A stretch of 64,000 bases of DNA from Eledone cirrhosa (lineage: Eukaryota), in assembly GCA_964016885.1 (NCBI GenBank), contig OZ024741.1, forward strand, positions 365,056,001-365,120,000, given 5' to 3'. The position numbers and the translations under genes were made by a program. The notes beneath the pieces were generated by a model that saw only the letters and a list, made by a program, of their open reading frames with translations, was not told where the DNA came from and made no database searches. Positions 27,801-41,621 of this stretch are shown piece after piece (the stretch's first letter is position 1; every line of letters begins with the position of its first letter).

Positions 27801-28009
27801 CCAAAGCCCAATCACCCTCCCCCCTCTCTTCTGCGACACCAGAGCTTTTGCCAACCCCTCCCTTTCCCATTCTTTTTCTTCTTTCTTTTTCTCATTTTTT
27901 CTAATATATTTCCCTATTCTTTCTTTCCTTTTGTTCATTTTTTTCATTTAACATTTTAACATTTTTAACATTTTTTTTCTTACTTTTAACATTTTTTTTC
28001 TTACTAAAT

Positions 28010-28412
28010 AATATACTAGTTGATTACTTAAAACTATCAAAGGCTTCACTACTTAAGTAAATAAAAATAAAATATAGATGACTTTAATAATCAACTATTG
28101 TATACAAGTAATCTATAAATAATGTTTTGAAGTTTCATAAGCACACAAATTATGATTGACGGAAAATTTCGAATTGATAGATATTTTAATCTTTTTTTTA
28201 TATATCTATTTATTTAGAGTTCATTAGTTAGAATTACGATAATATAGTATGTAGTCTATTATTGAATTCTGTGAGGGTGTATGAAACTTGAAAATGGTAT
28301 TATAGATTATTAATGCATCATATTATGATTATGGAGCCCATTATCTTTTTAGTCTTGTTTTACTGTACTTAAGTTTGTGACAATCTATTAGTTTTAGCAA
28401 TCAAGTAGTAAT
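28010..28412. repeat. Diverged inverted repeat (old MITE-like foldback)
   Basis: 28010-28150 is an imperfect reverse complement of 28265-28412. Confidence 0.5.
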
Positions 28413-28586
28413 GCTTTTATTTTTTCACTATGTAATCTTTTGGTGCGTGTGTAGAGGTGTGTATGTATGTATTTCTACATGAATGATAACATTTAGTTTA
28501 ATAAAATTTAATTATTGAACATCTGACTCTTTTCTTCGCTAATTCAATTGAAAATTAATCGGGAAGTCACCGAACAGTGGTTCATT

Positions 28587-28806
28587 AGCTGGTGGATTGG
28601 CAGCCTCGGTAGAGGGTCGGACGCCATGCTTTCCAGCATAGAGTTACGTCCCTTTACGGTCTGATTTCAAATCTCGCCGATGTTAACTTTGCCTTTCATC
28701 CTTACGAGGTCGATAAAATAAAGTACCAGTCACGCGCAGGGGTCGATTTAATCGACTTTCCCATCCCCCAAAATTGTTGGCCTTGTGCCAAAAGTAGAAA
28801 CAATTA
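28587..28806 (+). mobile_element. tRNA-derived SINE (OK-like)
   Basis: Full head and core. Confidence 0.85.
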
Positions 28807-29061
28807 TCTGGTGTATAGTGCGTGGTTTATGTGTTGAGGGCGTAACTATTCTAAGCTTAGAATAGTTACACTATTTCGGAATTATATTTTCCACGCAATA
28901 TCACAAATAAATATATTTCCAACGCAGATGACTATAAATATATTCGATCATTATAAACAATAATTGAGTAAAGTAACAGAAAACAGTGGATAGGTAGACA
29001 CAAATCGACTATTATTATAGTAAAAATATGTTGATTTTTTTATAATTGGGCAGCTGGATGA

Positions 29062-29595
29062 GTTCATAAAAAAAGGACATTAACATTAGAATTTCCAAAG
29101 TCTGGCTGAAATGAAAAAAAAATGGAAAGGATATGGAAGTCAAATCTACCAAGAAAAATCAAACTATCATACTTCAGAACATCTGTTGAGTTAGTGTTGT
29201 TGTATGGATCTTGTACATGGACCCTGACAAGAGCACTTAAGAAGAAACTTGATGCTGCATTCATTAAAGTGCTTAGGTTTGTACAAAACATAAACTGGCG
29301 CCAACTTATTACAAATGAATGTTTATACGAAAACCTGCCTCAAATAACAACAGCAATTGCTCAAAGGCGGTTACGATTTGCTGGGCATTACTGGAGAAGT
29401 AAGCTAGAAGTTATACACAAGCTACTATAGTCGGAATCAACTCATGGTAGACACAATAAAAGAAGACCTGCTTGAACTTCCATCTATCAACTCCCTGACC
29501 ATACAAACTTCAGAAGAGAGCAGTTGTCAGGAGCAATGGGATATCGTGAATCCTGGAGAGATTTTATCATAAATACATCCATACATACATACATA
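29062..29595 (+). mobile_element. RTE-clade LINE 3' fragment ending in (CATA)n
   Basis: IWKSNLPRKIKL..VELVLLYGSCTWTL..RRLRFAGHYWR. Confidence 0.85.
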
Positions 29596-29654
29596 TATAC
29601 GTATATTTGTTTGTGTGTATGAGTGGACGTGTGTGCGTGAATGTCTGTAAACTG

Positions 29655-29850
29655 AGGTCGTCATGGGAACCAGAATGGGCCCAAACTATGCTAACCTGTT
29701 CGTTGGCTACGGGGAAGCCCAAACCTTCTCTCAATACATTGGTCCCACATCAGAGCCATGCAATTGGTATTTTGACGTCTGTTTCTGACCTTTCTAGATA
29801 TCTTCCTATCTATCGACTACACACCTTCACCACATTCTCTTAACCTCCAT
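29655..29850 (+). pseudogene. Penelope (Poseidon-like) RT fragment
   Basis: MGTRMGPNYANLFVGY, a PLE RT motif. Confidence 0.7.
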
Positions 29851-30404
29851 TAACCGCACAGAATATTTTATTAGTATATGCTGAAGAAAAGAGTAAATTT
29901 AAATTATGAACAAGGTAAACTTAATCAACTTTAATGTAGGTGAAGGATAATATTAGTTAAGGAACAATATATATTCCGGGTATAGAAGCTGAAGTATCTT
30001 AATAAAGCAATAAATCTGATATTTTGTCGTTTCATCCAACCGTAATCCTTTCCTCATTCACACACACAGACACTGAGACAGACACACACACACACTCACA
30101 CACAACACACTCACATACACAGGCCCTCACACACACAGACACACATACATACACACGCACACACACATACGCCTATACGGTCGAAGGATCACATGAGAAC
30201 GATACCTTCATTTGTCAAAAGCACCTTTACAAATGCCGCAACCGAGTCATTGACGACCCCGTAGAAGAGACGGAAAGGAATTTGAGGAATTTAAGAATTA
30301 AAGACGCTTTAATTATCAACTCACAGAAGACACAAATATGTGATAGGACAGAACTACACGTAGCAGAATGGCTTCTATGTTCCATGCATGCGCAATCCAC
30401 TCAC

Positions 30405-30481
30405 TTGTACCAGTTAACGAAGAACGCCTTGTTTTTGTTTTGGATTGTTTTAGCTTTGCATTTGAAAAGAGTATTCTAGCC
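30405..30481 (-). CDS. Candidate host coding exon 2 ((R)ARILFSNAKLKQSKTKTRRSSLTGT)
   Basis: tatttcag| acceptor and |gtgagt donor; only one open frame, phase-compatible with the exon at 31628-31671. Confidence 0.45.
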
Positions 30482-30519
30482 CTGAAATATCATGTTGAAA
30501 AATATTGGGTAAAACAAAA

Positions 30520-30915
30520 CATTTGGCAGTATCGGTAGAGGGTCGGACGCCATGCTTTCCAGCGTAGTTACGTCCCTTTACCATCTGAGTTCAAATCCCG
30601 CCGAGGTTGACTTTGCCTTTCATCCTTACGGGGTCGATAAAATAAAGTACCAGTAATGCACTGGTAATTGCTGGCCTTGTGCCTAAAGTAGAAACAATTA
30701 TATATTTCTACCTCGGTGGATTAGGGCGGTGGATTGGCAGTATCGGTAGAGGGTCGGACGTCATGCTTTGACGCATAGAGTTACGGCCCTTGCCATTCTG
30801 AGTTCAAATCCCGCCGAGGTTAACTTTGCCTTCCATCCTTACGGGGTCGATAAAATAAAGTACCAGTAATATAGTGGGTATTTGCTGGCCTTGTGCCAAT
30901 AGTAGAAACAATTAT
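30520..30915 (+). mobile_element. Two tandem OK-like SINEs
   Basis: Copies at ~30520-30700 and ~30723-30915. Confidence 0.85.
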
Positions 30916-31627
30916 ATATTTCTACCGCACTGTATCGGCTTTCTGAAGTCCTCATGAATCAAGTATTATATATCTTAAAATTAGCTATTATACACACACA
31001 CACATATATATATAAGAGAATAAAGAAAATCATTCGTACAGTACAATAAAATACGTTTGAAAAATGAAAATAATAACTTTTTCTGATAGTTGTTATTACT
31101 TTAATCGTGATCATATGTTTTCAATGTGTAGTTTACGTTGCTCTAGTGAAGTGCTTTGATTGAGTTTCTCACAATTTTCAAACTAGCTCTTTTGTCTGGC
31201 TGTTAATATATCGTACCATGTATGCAGAGATAAGGGTGGGGTAGGTGGTAAGCATGTTTATACAAACAAAATGCAAAAAATAAATCGAAGATTTATGTGT
31301 CATTGTTTGGTGATTGTGTCATTGTTTGGTGATTGAAAGAGACAAGAAATGTGGGTTAGGTGAGGGGAGAGTATTGGGATGGTCGGGTCAAATAAATTCA
31401 ATTAAGGAGGGTGTCATGAGTGAATCAAATCAATTAAGGAAAGAATTGAACACTATGATAGGGGCCAGATTTATAATGAGTGGTCAGGAAAAAGGGAACT
31501 TTTTTGTTCTACAAGTGACACAGAAACATGTACATACATACATGCATATATACATGCATAAGCAGGTTTTGTGCTGAGAGAAGATGCCATTTATATCAAC
31601 CCACAAACATATCAATTTAAATGCCAC

Positions 31628-31671
31628 CTGTCGATTATCGCTGATATTTGTTTTGATTCAGCGTCTGCCAT
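31628..31671 (-). CDS. Candidate host first coding exon (MADAESKQISAIID-R)
   Basis: agtagcATGG start context; 44 nt to AG|GT donor (phase 2). Confidence 0.4.
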
Positions 31672-31864
31672 GCTACTTCTTCTCTTGCTTATACGTCTAC
31701 ATGCACCTCACGCAAACATTTTTGTCAGTCTTTGCTCAAGATGCAGATAAAATTTGTTAAGCATTGAATGAGTCTTAAACTATTATCAAACAAACTATAT
31801 TATCTTCAGATATAATATAAAACAATAACAGCAATAGTATTTATTATTATTTCTAATTTAGGTG

Positions 31865-32700
31865 AGGGCGGTGGATTGGCAGAGGGTCGGACGACATGTT
31901 TTGCAGCATAGAGTTACGGCCCTTTACGTTCTGAGTTCAAATCCTGCCAAGGTTAACTTTGCCTTTCATCCTTACGGGGTCGATAAATTAAAGTATCAGT
32001 CACGCATTGGGGTCGTTTAATCCACTTTCCCCTCCCTCAAATTACTGGCCTTGCGCCTATACTAGAAATCATTATTTCTAATTTAGGCACAAAACCAAAC
32101 TTGATTAAATCAAGCCCAGTATTTAATGGTACTATTATATATTTTATCGAATCTGAGAGATGAAAGGGATTTGAGCTCGGAGGGATTTGATCTCAGAAAG
32201 TAAAGAACCGAAATAAATGCTGTTATGCATTTGTCCGACGCTCAGATGACTCTATCAATTCCCTGCTCTAAATAATAATGTTCTATGATTTAGGAACAGG
32301 GCCAATAATTTAGGGGAAGGGAAAATCGATTAAATCGTCTCCAGTCCGTTACTGGTACTTTAGTTTATTGACCCCGTAAGTACGAAAGGCAAAGCTAACC
32401 TCGGCTGGATTTGAACTCTGAACGTAAAGAGCCGAAAGATATATCACAAAGCTTATTTCCGATGTTCTAATGATTCTGCTAATCTACAACAACAACAACA
32501 ACAACTTTTCTGCTTTTGATCCAAGGTCAGCAATTTAAAGGGATACCAGTGCGTTACTGGTACTTTATTTTATCGATCCTGTTTGAATGAAAGGAAAAGT
32601 TGACCTCAGCAAGATTTGAACACAGAACGGAAGGAGCCGAATGAAATACGGTAAAGCACTTTACCGATGCTGTAACGATTAGGTTAATCCACCACCCAAA
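31865..32700. mobile_element. Cluster of four OK-like SINEs (one plus, three minus)
   Basis: Repeated B box and core motifs. Confidence 0.8.
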
Positions 32701-33019
32701 CAACGACAACAACACCATCAACAACTATAACCTAAGTACGTAGAAGTAACTACTCTAAAGACTAAACGAAATGGAATAAAGAAAATTACAATATGTTTGA
32801 TATGCTATGGAGATGCATATTAAGATAGATAGTAAATTGAGATCGTGCCCGGTGTTAGTAATAAGAAAATAAGATTTAAAAACATTTTGTTGTAATATTT
32901 AGATTTTTTTGTAGCGGGTGGGGAAAAAGTTTTAGAAATATTTCAGTTGTATTTTAACTACAAGCAATCGGAATCTGAGAGCCAGTTTTTATTAAACAGA
33001 CAGCTACTTCCTGTGTATT

Positions 33020-33895
33020 TAGTTACAATGTCTATGATGTTTATATAATATAGGAGAAACAGCAGTTTCAATACTACTTGACAGGCGTCGTTATCTTTTC
33101 TATAGAATTATATTATATTATATACTTCCAGCTTAAACGGAAATAATAAAATTATGAAACAAACAACATACAAACATAAAAATAACATACCATGACTTGA
33201 ATAATTGTAAAAATAGCATATGGAAAAAACTTGTCTCGTGTATTCAATATTATATTGATAGGTAGACGCTTGCTGTGAAATTGTGTTAAACCCCCTTCGG
33301 TTCCAATGACGAGTCTTCCATTTGATTCGATCAACAGAACAGCCTGCTTGAGAAATTTACGTGCAAGTGACTGAGCATTCGACAGAAACGCGTACCCTCA
33401 ACGAAGATCTCAAACGGATTCAGTGTGGCATAAGGTGTGACAAAACATGCCTCTATGAATTACAGGTATAACACATTTTTGCCAGCTGGCTGGAGTGAAT
33501 CATGGGGAAATAAAGTGCCTAACAACTTAGCCATTAATTCACGCATTCTCATATCTAAGATGTTAATATAATGTAGAAGAAACAGCAGGTTGAATAAAAC
33601 CTGACAGCTGGAGTTATCGTTTCTGTAGATTTATATTACATCGCATTATATTCCTCCAGCTAAAACGTAAATAAAACAATGAAACAATAAACTTATGAAC
33701 CACACACACACAAGCGCACAAGCGCACACAAGCGCACAAGCGCACACAAGCGCACACTCACTCACACGCAAATAACATATCATGACTTGAATACTCATAA
33801 AATAGAATATTGAAAAAAAATAAAACCCCCCAAAACTTGCCTCTTGCATTCAATATATTTATTTTAGAGATAGGTAGACTCTTGCTTTGTGAATA
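33020..33895. repeat. Old direct duplication (~260 bp) separated by a SINE
   Basis: 33060-33280 similar to 33580-33895 (CCAGCT.AAACG.AAATAA; AATAACATA.CATGACTTGAATA; GATAGGTAGAC.CTTGCT). Confidence 0.65.
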
Positions 33896-34657
33896 CAAAT
33901 AATTTATAGCATTTACATTGATCAGAGATAAAATAATTCTATGTGTAAGGGAAATACTTATTCTGTCCATTATCAATAAATTCTATACTGGATTAAGTTT
34001 ACCCCCCAAGATATTAAATCTACAACTAAGGTTAATTATATCACTCAAGATTAACACCTTTGAGACGAAACCACCTGAAACTACCCCCAATTCTGAAATA
34101 AAGCTGTGTATTTTAATATTTACCTAAAATCATTCCATCATAATGTTATGTAAGAAGGTACGTTAAATTATGTTTCAGCTTAATAATGGGAAAGTTGGTT
34201 CTTCTTCTTCTTCTTCTTCTTCTTCTTCTTGGGAGGATCGAGAGATCAGAGTCATCAAGTACTCCTCAAACCGTTTCTGTCAGAAGCAACCGCAATCAAT
34301 TTATCAGGCTGAATGCCCAAGTGAGACCAGCAGAGCTCATGGATGTTATCCAACCATTATTTGAAACATAAAGGTGGTGAATTTCAGTAAAACTATGGTA
34401 ATGAAAAGGTTAATTAAGGCTTAGATGCTTAGTAAATAAAATTCTTCTTCCTTTAGTACTGATTTTGAATGCTTCTAGGGGCATAAAACTGTAACAACAG
34501 CAACAGCATTTGGATGAAATAAGACCAGTAATATCAACTCTATACCAATAAAGGATATATCATCAGTTTGATCGATTTATGGGCTACAGAACTGTGCAAT
34601 TAGGGCTACTATGGAACTAAACAACTATCTAAAAGAAATAATGTACAGAACAGTAAC

Positions 34658-35165
34658 ATGAAGAAGAAGAAGAAGAAGAAGAAGAAGAAGAAGAAGAAGA
34701 AGAAGAAGAAGAAGAACTACAACAACAACAGCAACAACAACAACAATAATGAGACAACAGTAACAAGGGTGACAATAGCAGCAAACACAGTAACAACGAC
34801 AGTAACAACAGTAACAACAACAGCTACTACAGGGTCATCAACAAAAACAAAAACATCTGCAACGACACTAATAACTGCAACAGCAACAACAGCAACGACA
34901 GTAATAACAACAACAGCAACGACGCTAATAACAACAACAACAATAACAGCAACAGTAGTAACGACAATGACAACAGCAACAGCTGTAACAATTATAAGGA
35001 CAGTAACAGCAGTTTCAACAACACCGACAGCAACCGCAGCGGTAACAACAAAAACCAACAACAACAACAGTAACAACAGCAGTAACAAGAACAGCAATAA
35101 CAACAACAGTGGTCACGACAATAGTAACAGCAGTGATAAGAGTAACAGCAACAACAACAATAGTA
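34658..35165. repeat. (GAA)n plus cryptic (AAC/AGC)n trinucleotide repeat
   Basis: Low-complexity sequence visible directly. Confidence 0.9.
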
Positions 35166-37009
35166 TCAAGGATGTTACCAGCAAAAAATTGATCAAGCAA
35201 AGAATCACTATCTCTATGTAATTGCTAAAGACAGATTAAGAGATTATTAAGTGTCATTAGAGATCAAAGTAAACAACACATCAGTGAGGAATACATGGCG
35301 GAAATGGTAATATTTGTCCGCACATTTGATAATTATAAAACCATTTTTTTTTTTTAAGATTTCAGATTTTAGATTTTAGATTTTAAATGTAACGAATAAA
35401 CACCAGGAAAAAAGTTTTCATTGACATTATGGATAAACGGATTTTGAATATTTATATTTTCTCTATTTAATTTAAGTAATTGGGTAAATATAGAGGAGAT
35501 TGGATGAAGAAACCATAATCGTGTTTTTTCTGCTTTCAGCCATTATTTATTTGTCTTGTTGAGATTGCAATTCAGATTTGGAGCTTATTCCGTTTTTAAT
35601 GAAGTGCATCACTCTAACTGTCTTTGCGGCAGTTTAGTGAAGGCAGGTAGCTTAGTAGTTAGGGTATTCGGCTTACGATCGTAAGATAAGACGATGAGTT
35701 CACTTACTATAATAGTCGACAATATCCGAGAGCACAACATTTTATTTAGCGTTGCACCAATCCAGTTGATAGATAAACATGTGTTGTACCTGTAATTAAA
35801 AAAACAACCCAGCATTGTCACACTTTTGTCACACTGAATCTTCCTGAGAACTACGTTAAGAACACACATGTCAGTGCATATTAATTTACCGAGGAGGGAA
35901 TTTTATTGATCAAGCGAATGGAACACTCGTTTGAACCGACGTAGGTCCTCCACACGATCCACGTTGTTGCTGTTGCTATTGCTATTTTGGTTGGCTCCTT
36001 GATATGACTAACACCCATATTCCCATTTTTAATCCACGGTCACACTACAAGTCATACGAGGAACCTTTAAGTGTTAGAAATAGCGGCTAAATTTCTCAAA
36101 TTGAACCCTCTGTCTCTTAAAAATGAGAAGGGTACTTCGGTTAATGAGAGTAATAACATATAGAATAGTATAGAACAAAATACGAAATATGAAAATGATT
36201 CTCAAAATAGGGGACGCTCCACATCGTGTGATTCGCGGCACCTCACACTAACTTCGGATTACCATGTACTATCAAAAATACCAGCTATCAGTTGTTGCTG
36301 GACAGTGTGCGTTACTGACGACCTGAACACAGCCATGTCTAGACATTTCATTTCGAACAGCTGAAATGCCACTTTTGCAACACTCTCACACTAAGGACTA
36401 TAAAAATTGTCACAATCCAAAATCTGCAAGATTTCTAGAAGAAGCTACTCAGACTATTCGTATCCTCTCTTAGAATCGCTCCGAAGAATTGTTTCTATAG
36501 TGCAGTAACCTTCTTTAGAATACCACGTTGACGTTCAGCATTCCATCGTCCACATTGTCCAGCTGGCAAAGTAAAATGCATACCAAGCATAATTTCAGAT
36601 GTCAAGCGGCCACACTCGATATGATCTGGACACAAAACTACCACTAGGTCACACAGTGAGACTGTGGGAAGACGTGTCCCGTGAACGGTGCCTACATACG
36701 ATCAGCATCGTGGTCATTCAGGTATCTCAATATACATCATTAAGCCATAACATCACGAGACATCTCTGGAGTGGTTGTTGGCATTAAATATACAAATCCT
36801 GATCTGTGGAATCTACTCCTTTTGAGAGAAGATTAAGAGTCTAGCTCCAATCTGGTTCGATGCTTCATAGGACATAACACCACTTTCTGGTGGTAGTACG
36901 CCACTGAATCAACGTAGGTGTTAGCCAATTCACTCTGAGTTTTTAAAAACAGCTTCCTAACAGCTCAGTTCTGTGTGGTAATGCATTTTAATTTAAATAA
37001 GTCCAACTC

Positions 37010-37410
37010 TATAAGGATAGGGCAAATAGATTAAATGGATCTGAGTACTTGACTGGTATTTCATTTTGCAACTCCGATAGGATGAAAAGTAAAGTTTACC
37101 TGAGCAAGATGTGAACTCAGAACGTAAAGATCTGCAACATATAAGAATTTGTCCAACGCTGTAACCATCCTGTAAATCGACCGACTTTCCCAGTGGTATA
37201 CGTATATGGTCTCTATTTAGACACAAGTTCAGAAAGTTCAGGTCAGGGAAGTCAGCTATATCTTGCCTTATATGTGTCAGGTACTTTATTTTATCTCACC
37301 CTCAAAGACAAAGTTGACCTCGGGCTGATTTGAACTAAGAAACTATAGAGCCTGAACAAACTAAGTACTTATCTGGTGTTTTAAAGATTCTACCAATACA
37401 CTGCCCTTAT
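37010..37410 (-). mobile_element. Two degenerate OK-like SINEs
   Basis: GACTGGTATTTCATTTT..GGATGAAAAGTAAAGTT..TGAACTCAGAACGTAAAG. Confidence 0.6.
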
Positions 37411-38120
37411 GTGTGGTAATAATTAGAACAATAACAGCAACAACATCAATTTAATTTAATCAACATAACGTAATTTTATTAACAAGGAGCCAACTATTAT
37501 ATATTACGACATATCGTAGTCAGGTGGTTGCAGTGTGATTTTGTTGTAGCAATAACGATACAACCGTTGATTCATATATTACAGCCGCTTTGTGCTTTAT
37601 TTACACAGGCCAACTAATTGAATTTCTATAAACACATTGGTTGTGTAGGAATAGAGACTTCAGTGAAGCAGAATTGATTTATACCCATGAGAATAGATGG
37701 AACCTGATGCATGTGCGTGTTTTTTCTGTTTGATGTATTTCATATACCATCTATCAAGAAGAGTTGCATCTTATTTTGTATTATCCTATAACCTCTGCAG
37801 GAATCTGTGCATGTATGTATGTATGTATGTATGTATGTATGTATGTATGTATGTATGTATGTATGTATGTATGTATGTATGTATGTATGTATGAATGTAT
37901 GTACGTATGTATGTATGCATACATGTGCGATTTATACATTTGCCCTCACTTATTCACTATAAATACACACAGACGCACACACAGACACACACATACACAC
38001 ACACACACACAGATACACACAGACACACACACACACACTTATACATATATATGAACATATACATACAACGAAACATGCAATTTAAAACCGCACCGTGCAT
38101 TTACATAGAAATATAGTTAT

Positions 38121-38198
<78 letters not shown>

Positions 38199-38640
38199 CT
38201 ATTGATAAATACCGGCAATTTACAATACGTCTCATAGGATAGAATTGCAGCAAATACACTTAATCCCTATTTGCGTTGTCTACGGTATTGTTTGTATAGC
38301 TATTATCTGACTAACGGACTAAACTGTTATACTTTACCAGTTAGTTTGACACAACCGCCAGCAAGTCTAACAATTTATAACATTATTTCTTACGTAGATA
38401 TCTGTCAAAGTGATATGTACGTGGGGAATTCTCACCACAAAATGCCAATTCATATACAATGGAGTCAAACTGAGGAACTTTTTCACTCATTATGGCGACG
38501 CTGGCTTTTTACGTTGAGAGATCAACGTATTTAATGCAATGATTCACATCGTAAATGCAACACACGTATATCTGTCTGTCTTTCTGTCTCTCTCTGTTAA
38601 TCTCCTTTCACTTCTCTCTCTGTCTCTATATATATATATA

Positions 38641-39073
38641 CTAGCAGAATGGCTCGGCGTTGCTCGGGATTCTAAACATAGATTGGCATGTTTATCCCTC
38701 CTTTCAGAAACAGTTTCGTCGTATGTTCACCAATTGATGCAGAAGTCCTAATAAAAAGTGAAGTCGCCTCGGGTGAATAGGCAAATAATTTTTCATTAAG
38801 ATTTTTCAAAAGCATGTAATTGTGTTCCCTCTCTTTTTTGTTGTTGTTTTTGCTGATGTTGGTGTGATAGCGGCCGTTGGTCGTACTACTAATAGTCTCG
38901 TCCTTCTCAGCCAATCGTGTATATCCCCTTCTGCCTCGTCAGCAATAAGAACAATATTTGCTCTAGGGTTCTTATATATTTGATATATATTTATCTTTAT
39001 CGAGCCTCGTGAAATAAATCCGTTTGTTTATATTTTATTATTGTGTATGCAAAAATATCTGTACACGAATATA

Positions 39074-39144
<71 letters not shown>

Positions 39145-39640
39145 CAGATTAAAATTTAAGCGAAGAATCGCTGCTTTCACTCTTACCGGGATATTCTGAA
39201 ACTAAAAAAAATGAATCTGTGAACGCAGAAGTAAATATTTCGAAAAACGTTGCAACCGATGGAAAACAGGAACACGATACTTTGGTTCGTGAAGACGCTC
39301 CCTGGCAAAATAGCGAAGAAAATACGTCATCAATGAGAACAATACTTGTCATAATGTCGTAACGCAGACAGCCAGACATGAAGACAGATATTATAAGGGC
39401 GCGACCTTATAGCTATGTATCCATCTAAAAAGACAGACTAATAAAGAGAGAGAGAGAGAGAGATCGATAACCGGCGCCTAACACGCCTTTAACAACAGCA
39501 AATTGAAAAATAAATGCTGCAGTTAATATCTTTAGACTGCAAGGAATATATAAATGTAAGTTTGAAGTCAATCGGAGTAGAAATGTGGATTTGTATAGAC
39601 TTTGCAAAACTTAGGACACACACACACACAGACAACTAGA

Positions 39641-39645
<5 letters not shown>
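38641..39645 (-). mobile_element. Non-autonomous Helitron interrupted by PLE 3'-end fragments
   Basis: CTAG plus hairpin (CTCGGCGTTGCTCGGG) at 38641; 39355-39470 homologous to 45565-45680; PLE tail at 38950-39045 and 3' region at 39139-39312. Confidence 0.6.
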
Positions 39646-39727
<82 letters not shown>

Positions 39728-39730
<3 letters not shown>

Positions 39731-40472
39731 AAAGTATGCCCATAGAATCATTTGATAAGATATATACACCATCTCCTCTGCCAATCAGTATAATCAACCA
39801 CACAAACAAACAATTGAACAAGGCTATAAGATTAAAAGGCACCTATGAAGAAATAATAGATAAATAAACGACAGCCATCTGTTCGCGATCAACAGCTATA
39901 GAATATTTACCCAGCATTTTGATAGCACGTGGAAATCGATTAAATATATCGTCAAGCATACACAATTAGGTATAAAATTAAAGTTAGAAGAAAAAATGTA
40001 TATAAACATACCAAGATTACGTTTCTACCCCTTGGAGTTTCATTCGCTTTTGGAAATATCCGATCAAGGATAAATTCACGAGCTTCAAAATCATCAGGAA
40101 ACAAACTCACATGGACGAAGATTTTTCTTAAATGATCCCCGCCAGAAACGAATTCAAAATGGCTAAGAACTGTGACGTGGCGGTGGTCAAGTCAGAAAGA
40201 ATGTGATTGGTGCCTTACGGCGAGTGCGCTGGTTGCTAGCAAGCGCAGCCTAATATTGCCTAAATTGCATATCAATCTTATGGGAGATTATCAAATATAA
40301 AGATTTACATATACACAAACTATACAAACTCATAGATATATAGATATATATGTTTTTGGCAACCATTCACGATGTGGCTGAATGACGAATTAATTAATTA
40401 AATAATCAGAGCAATATACACTAAAGTATGTCCATAGAATCATTTGATAAGATATATACACCATCTCCTCTC
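39728..40472 (-). mobile_element. Terminally redundant (~690-nt unit) hammerhead element in (TA)n
   Basis: Direct repeat AAAGTATG.CCATAGAATCATTTGATAAGATATATACACCATCTCCTCT at 39731 and 40424; relative at 63348-63640. Confidence 0.8.
40021..40102 (-). ncRNA. Type I hammerhead with extended helix II and a stable helix III
   Basis: gtttc-CTGATGA-ttttg..tatcc-ttgatc-ggata..cgaat-GAAAC-tc-caag-gg-GTA-gaaac. Confidence 0.7.
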
Positions 40473-40614
40473 ATATATATATATATATAATTTCAATGTT
40501 ACATATATGTATAGATGTATGGATGTATAGATTCTTGAACATGATGAACATTAAATATACATATACATATATACATACTCTCTCCATTTAAATATACATA
40601 TATACATATATATA

Positions 40615-41030
40615 TATAGAAATTACATGAATCAAAGTTCTGTTCAAATCATTTATTCGCTTACAATTGTTTCTTCCAAACCTAGGTTTGGAGTCTTCGG
40701 AGCAATTTTTCAATAATTGTTTACATACTTGACCTCCTTTTCAACACAAGAGACATACAGAAACATATGTATATATTGATGCACAGTGGGTTGACATCCA
40801 TTATAATATTTAAGCATAGCAGTTTACAATCATTGAAAAATTGCTCCGAAGACTCCAAACCTCGGTTTGGAAGAAACAATTGTAAGCGAATAAATGATTT
40901 GAACAGAACTTTGATTCATATAATTTCTATATAACTGCTCTGTAGAACAACTGATGTTATTACATTGCGCTATATATAACTATAAAAGGTTTTACTGTAT
41001 ACATAACCATAAATAGTATCCTTAATACTA
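40615..41030 (+). mobile_element. Foldback element with two divergent hammerheads (40659-40703 minus, 40843-40887 plus)
   Basis: Arms ~40615-40713/40833-40932; gct-CCGAAGA-c-tccaaac-ctcg-gtttgga-a-GAAAC-aatt-GTA-agc. Confidence 0.8.
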
Positions 41031-41400
41031 TATATATATATATATACCGTCTCACCTACCATTCCATCACCCTACTACTCCGGCGACATATCCTCCATTC
41101 CTTCCGCACCCACTCTTCTGACCCCCGTCACTTCTCGGTTTTTTTAAAGATTACCCAGACAGAGACACACATACATATGCATGCGCACAAGAATAACTGT
41201 TTATACAAAACCGTTTTTTTTAATTTCAGCTAAACGCGCTCCATCAACCACTTTACTAAAAAAATATGTCGTACACAAAACGCCAGCATCAACAGTTTTC
41301 TAAGAGATGTCAACATGAATGGACCTGTTATTTTTATCTAAAGATATTTTTCCCAATTACATCCTGTCCATCCCTTCAATCGATCATATTTCTCATTCTT

Positions 41401-41436
41401 TCTTCTGATGAAGGACTACTGTCCGAAACGTTAAGA
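41401..41436 (+). ncRNA. Minimal type I hammerhead (PLE type, loopless palindromic helix III)
   Basis: tctt-CTGATGA-a-ggac-tact-gtc-c-GAAAC-GTT-aaga. Confidence 0.85.
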
Positions 41437-41524
41437 CCCTCTTCCTGCTATATCAAGCGTTAACCTAATATATTCCTTCCATATACTGTACCGATTGTGT
41501 TGTTATTTCTGTCAAGCTTTTACA

Positions 41525-41621
<97 letters not shown>

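Noticed and set aside
34658-35221. 187-aa Lys/Thr/Asn-rich mucin-like ORF
   Set aside because: Cryptic trinucleotide repeat open on both strands; no splice or domain support
36240-36960. Higher-GC stretch that might be a LINE remnant or exon
   Set aside because: No recognisable protein motif or consistent splice signals by eye
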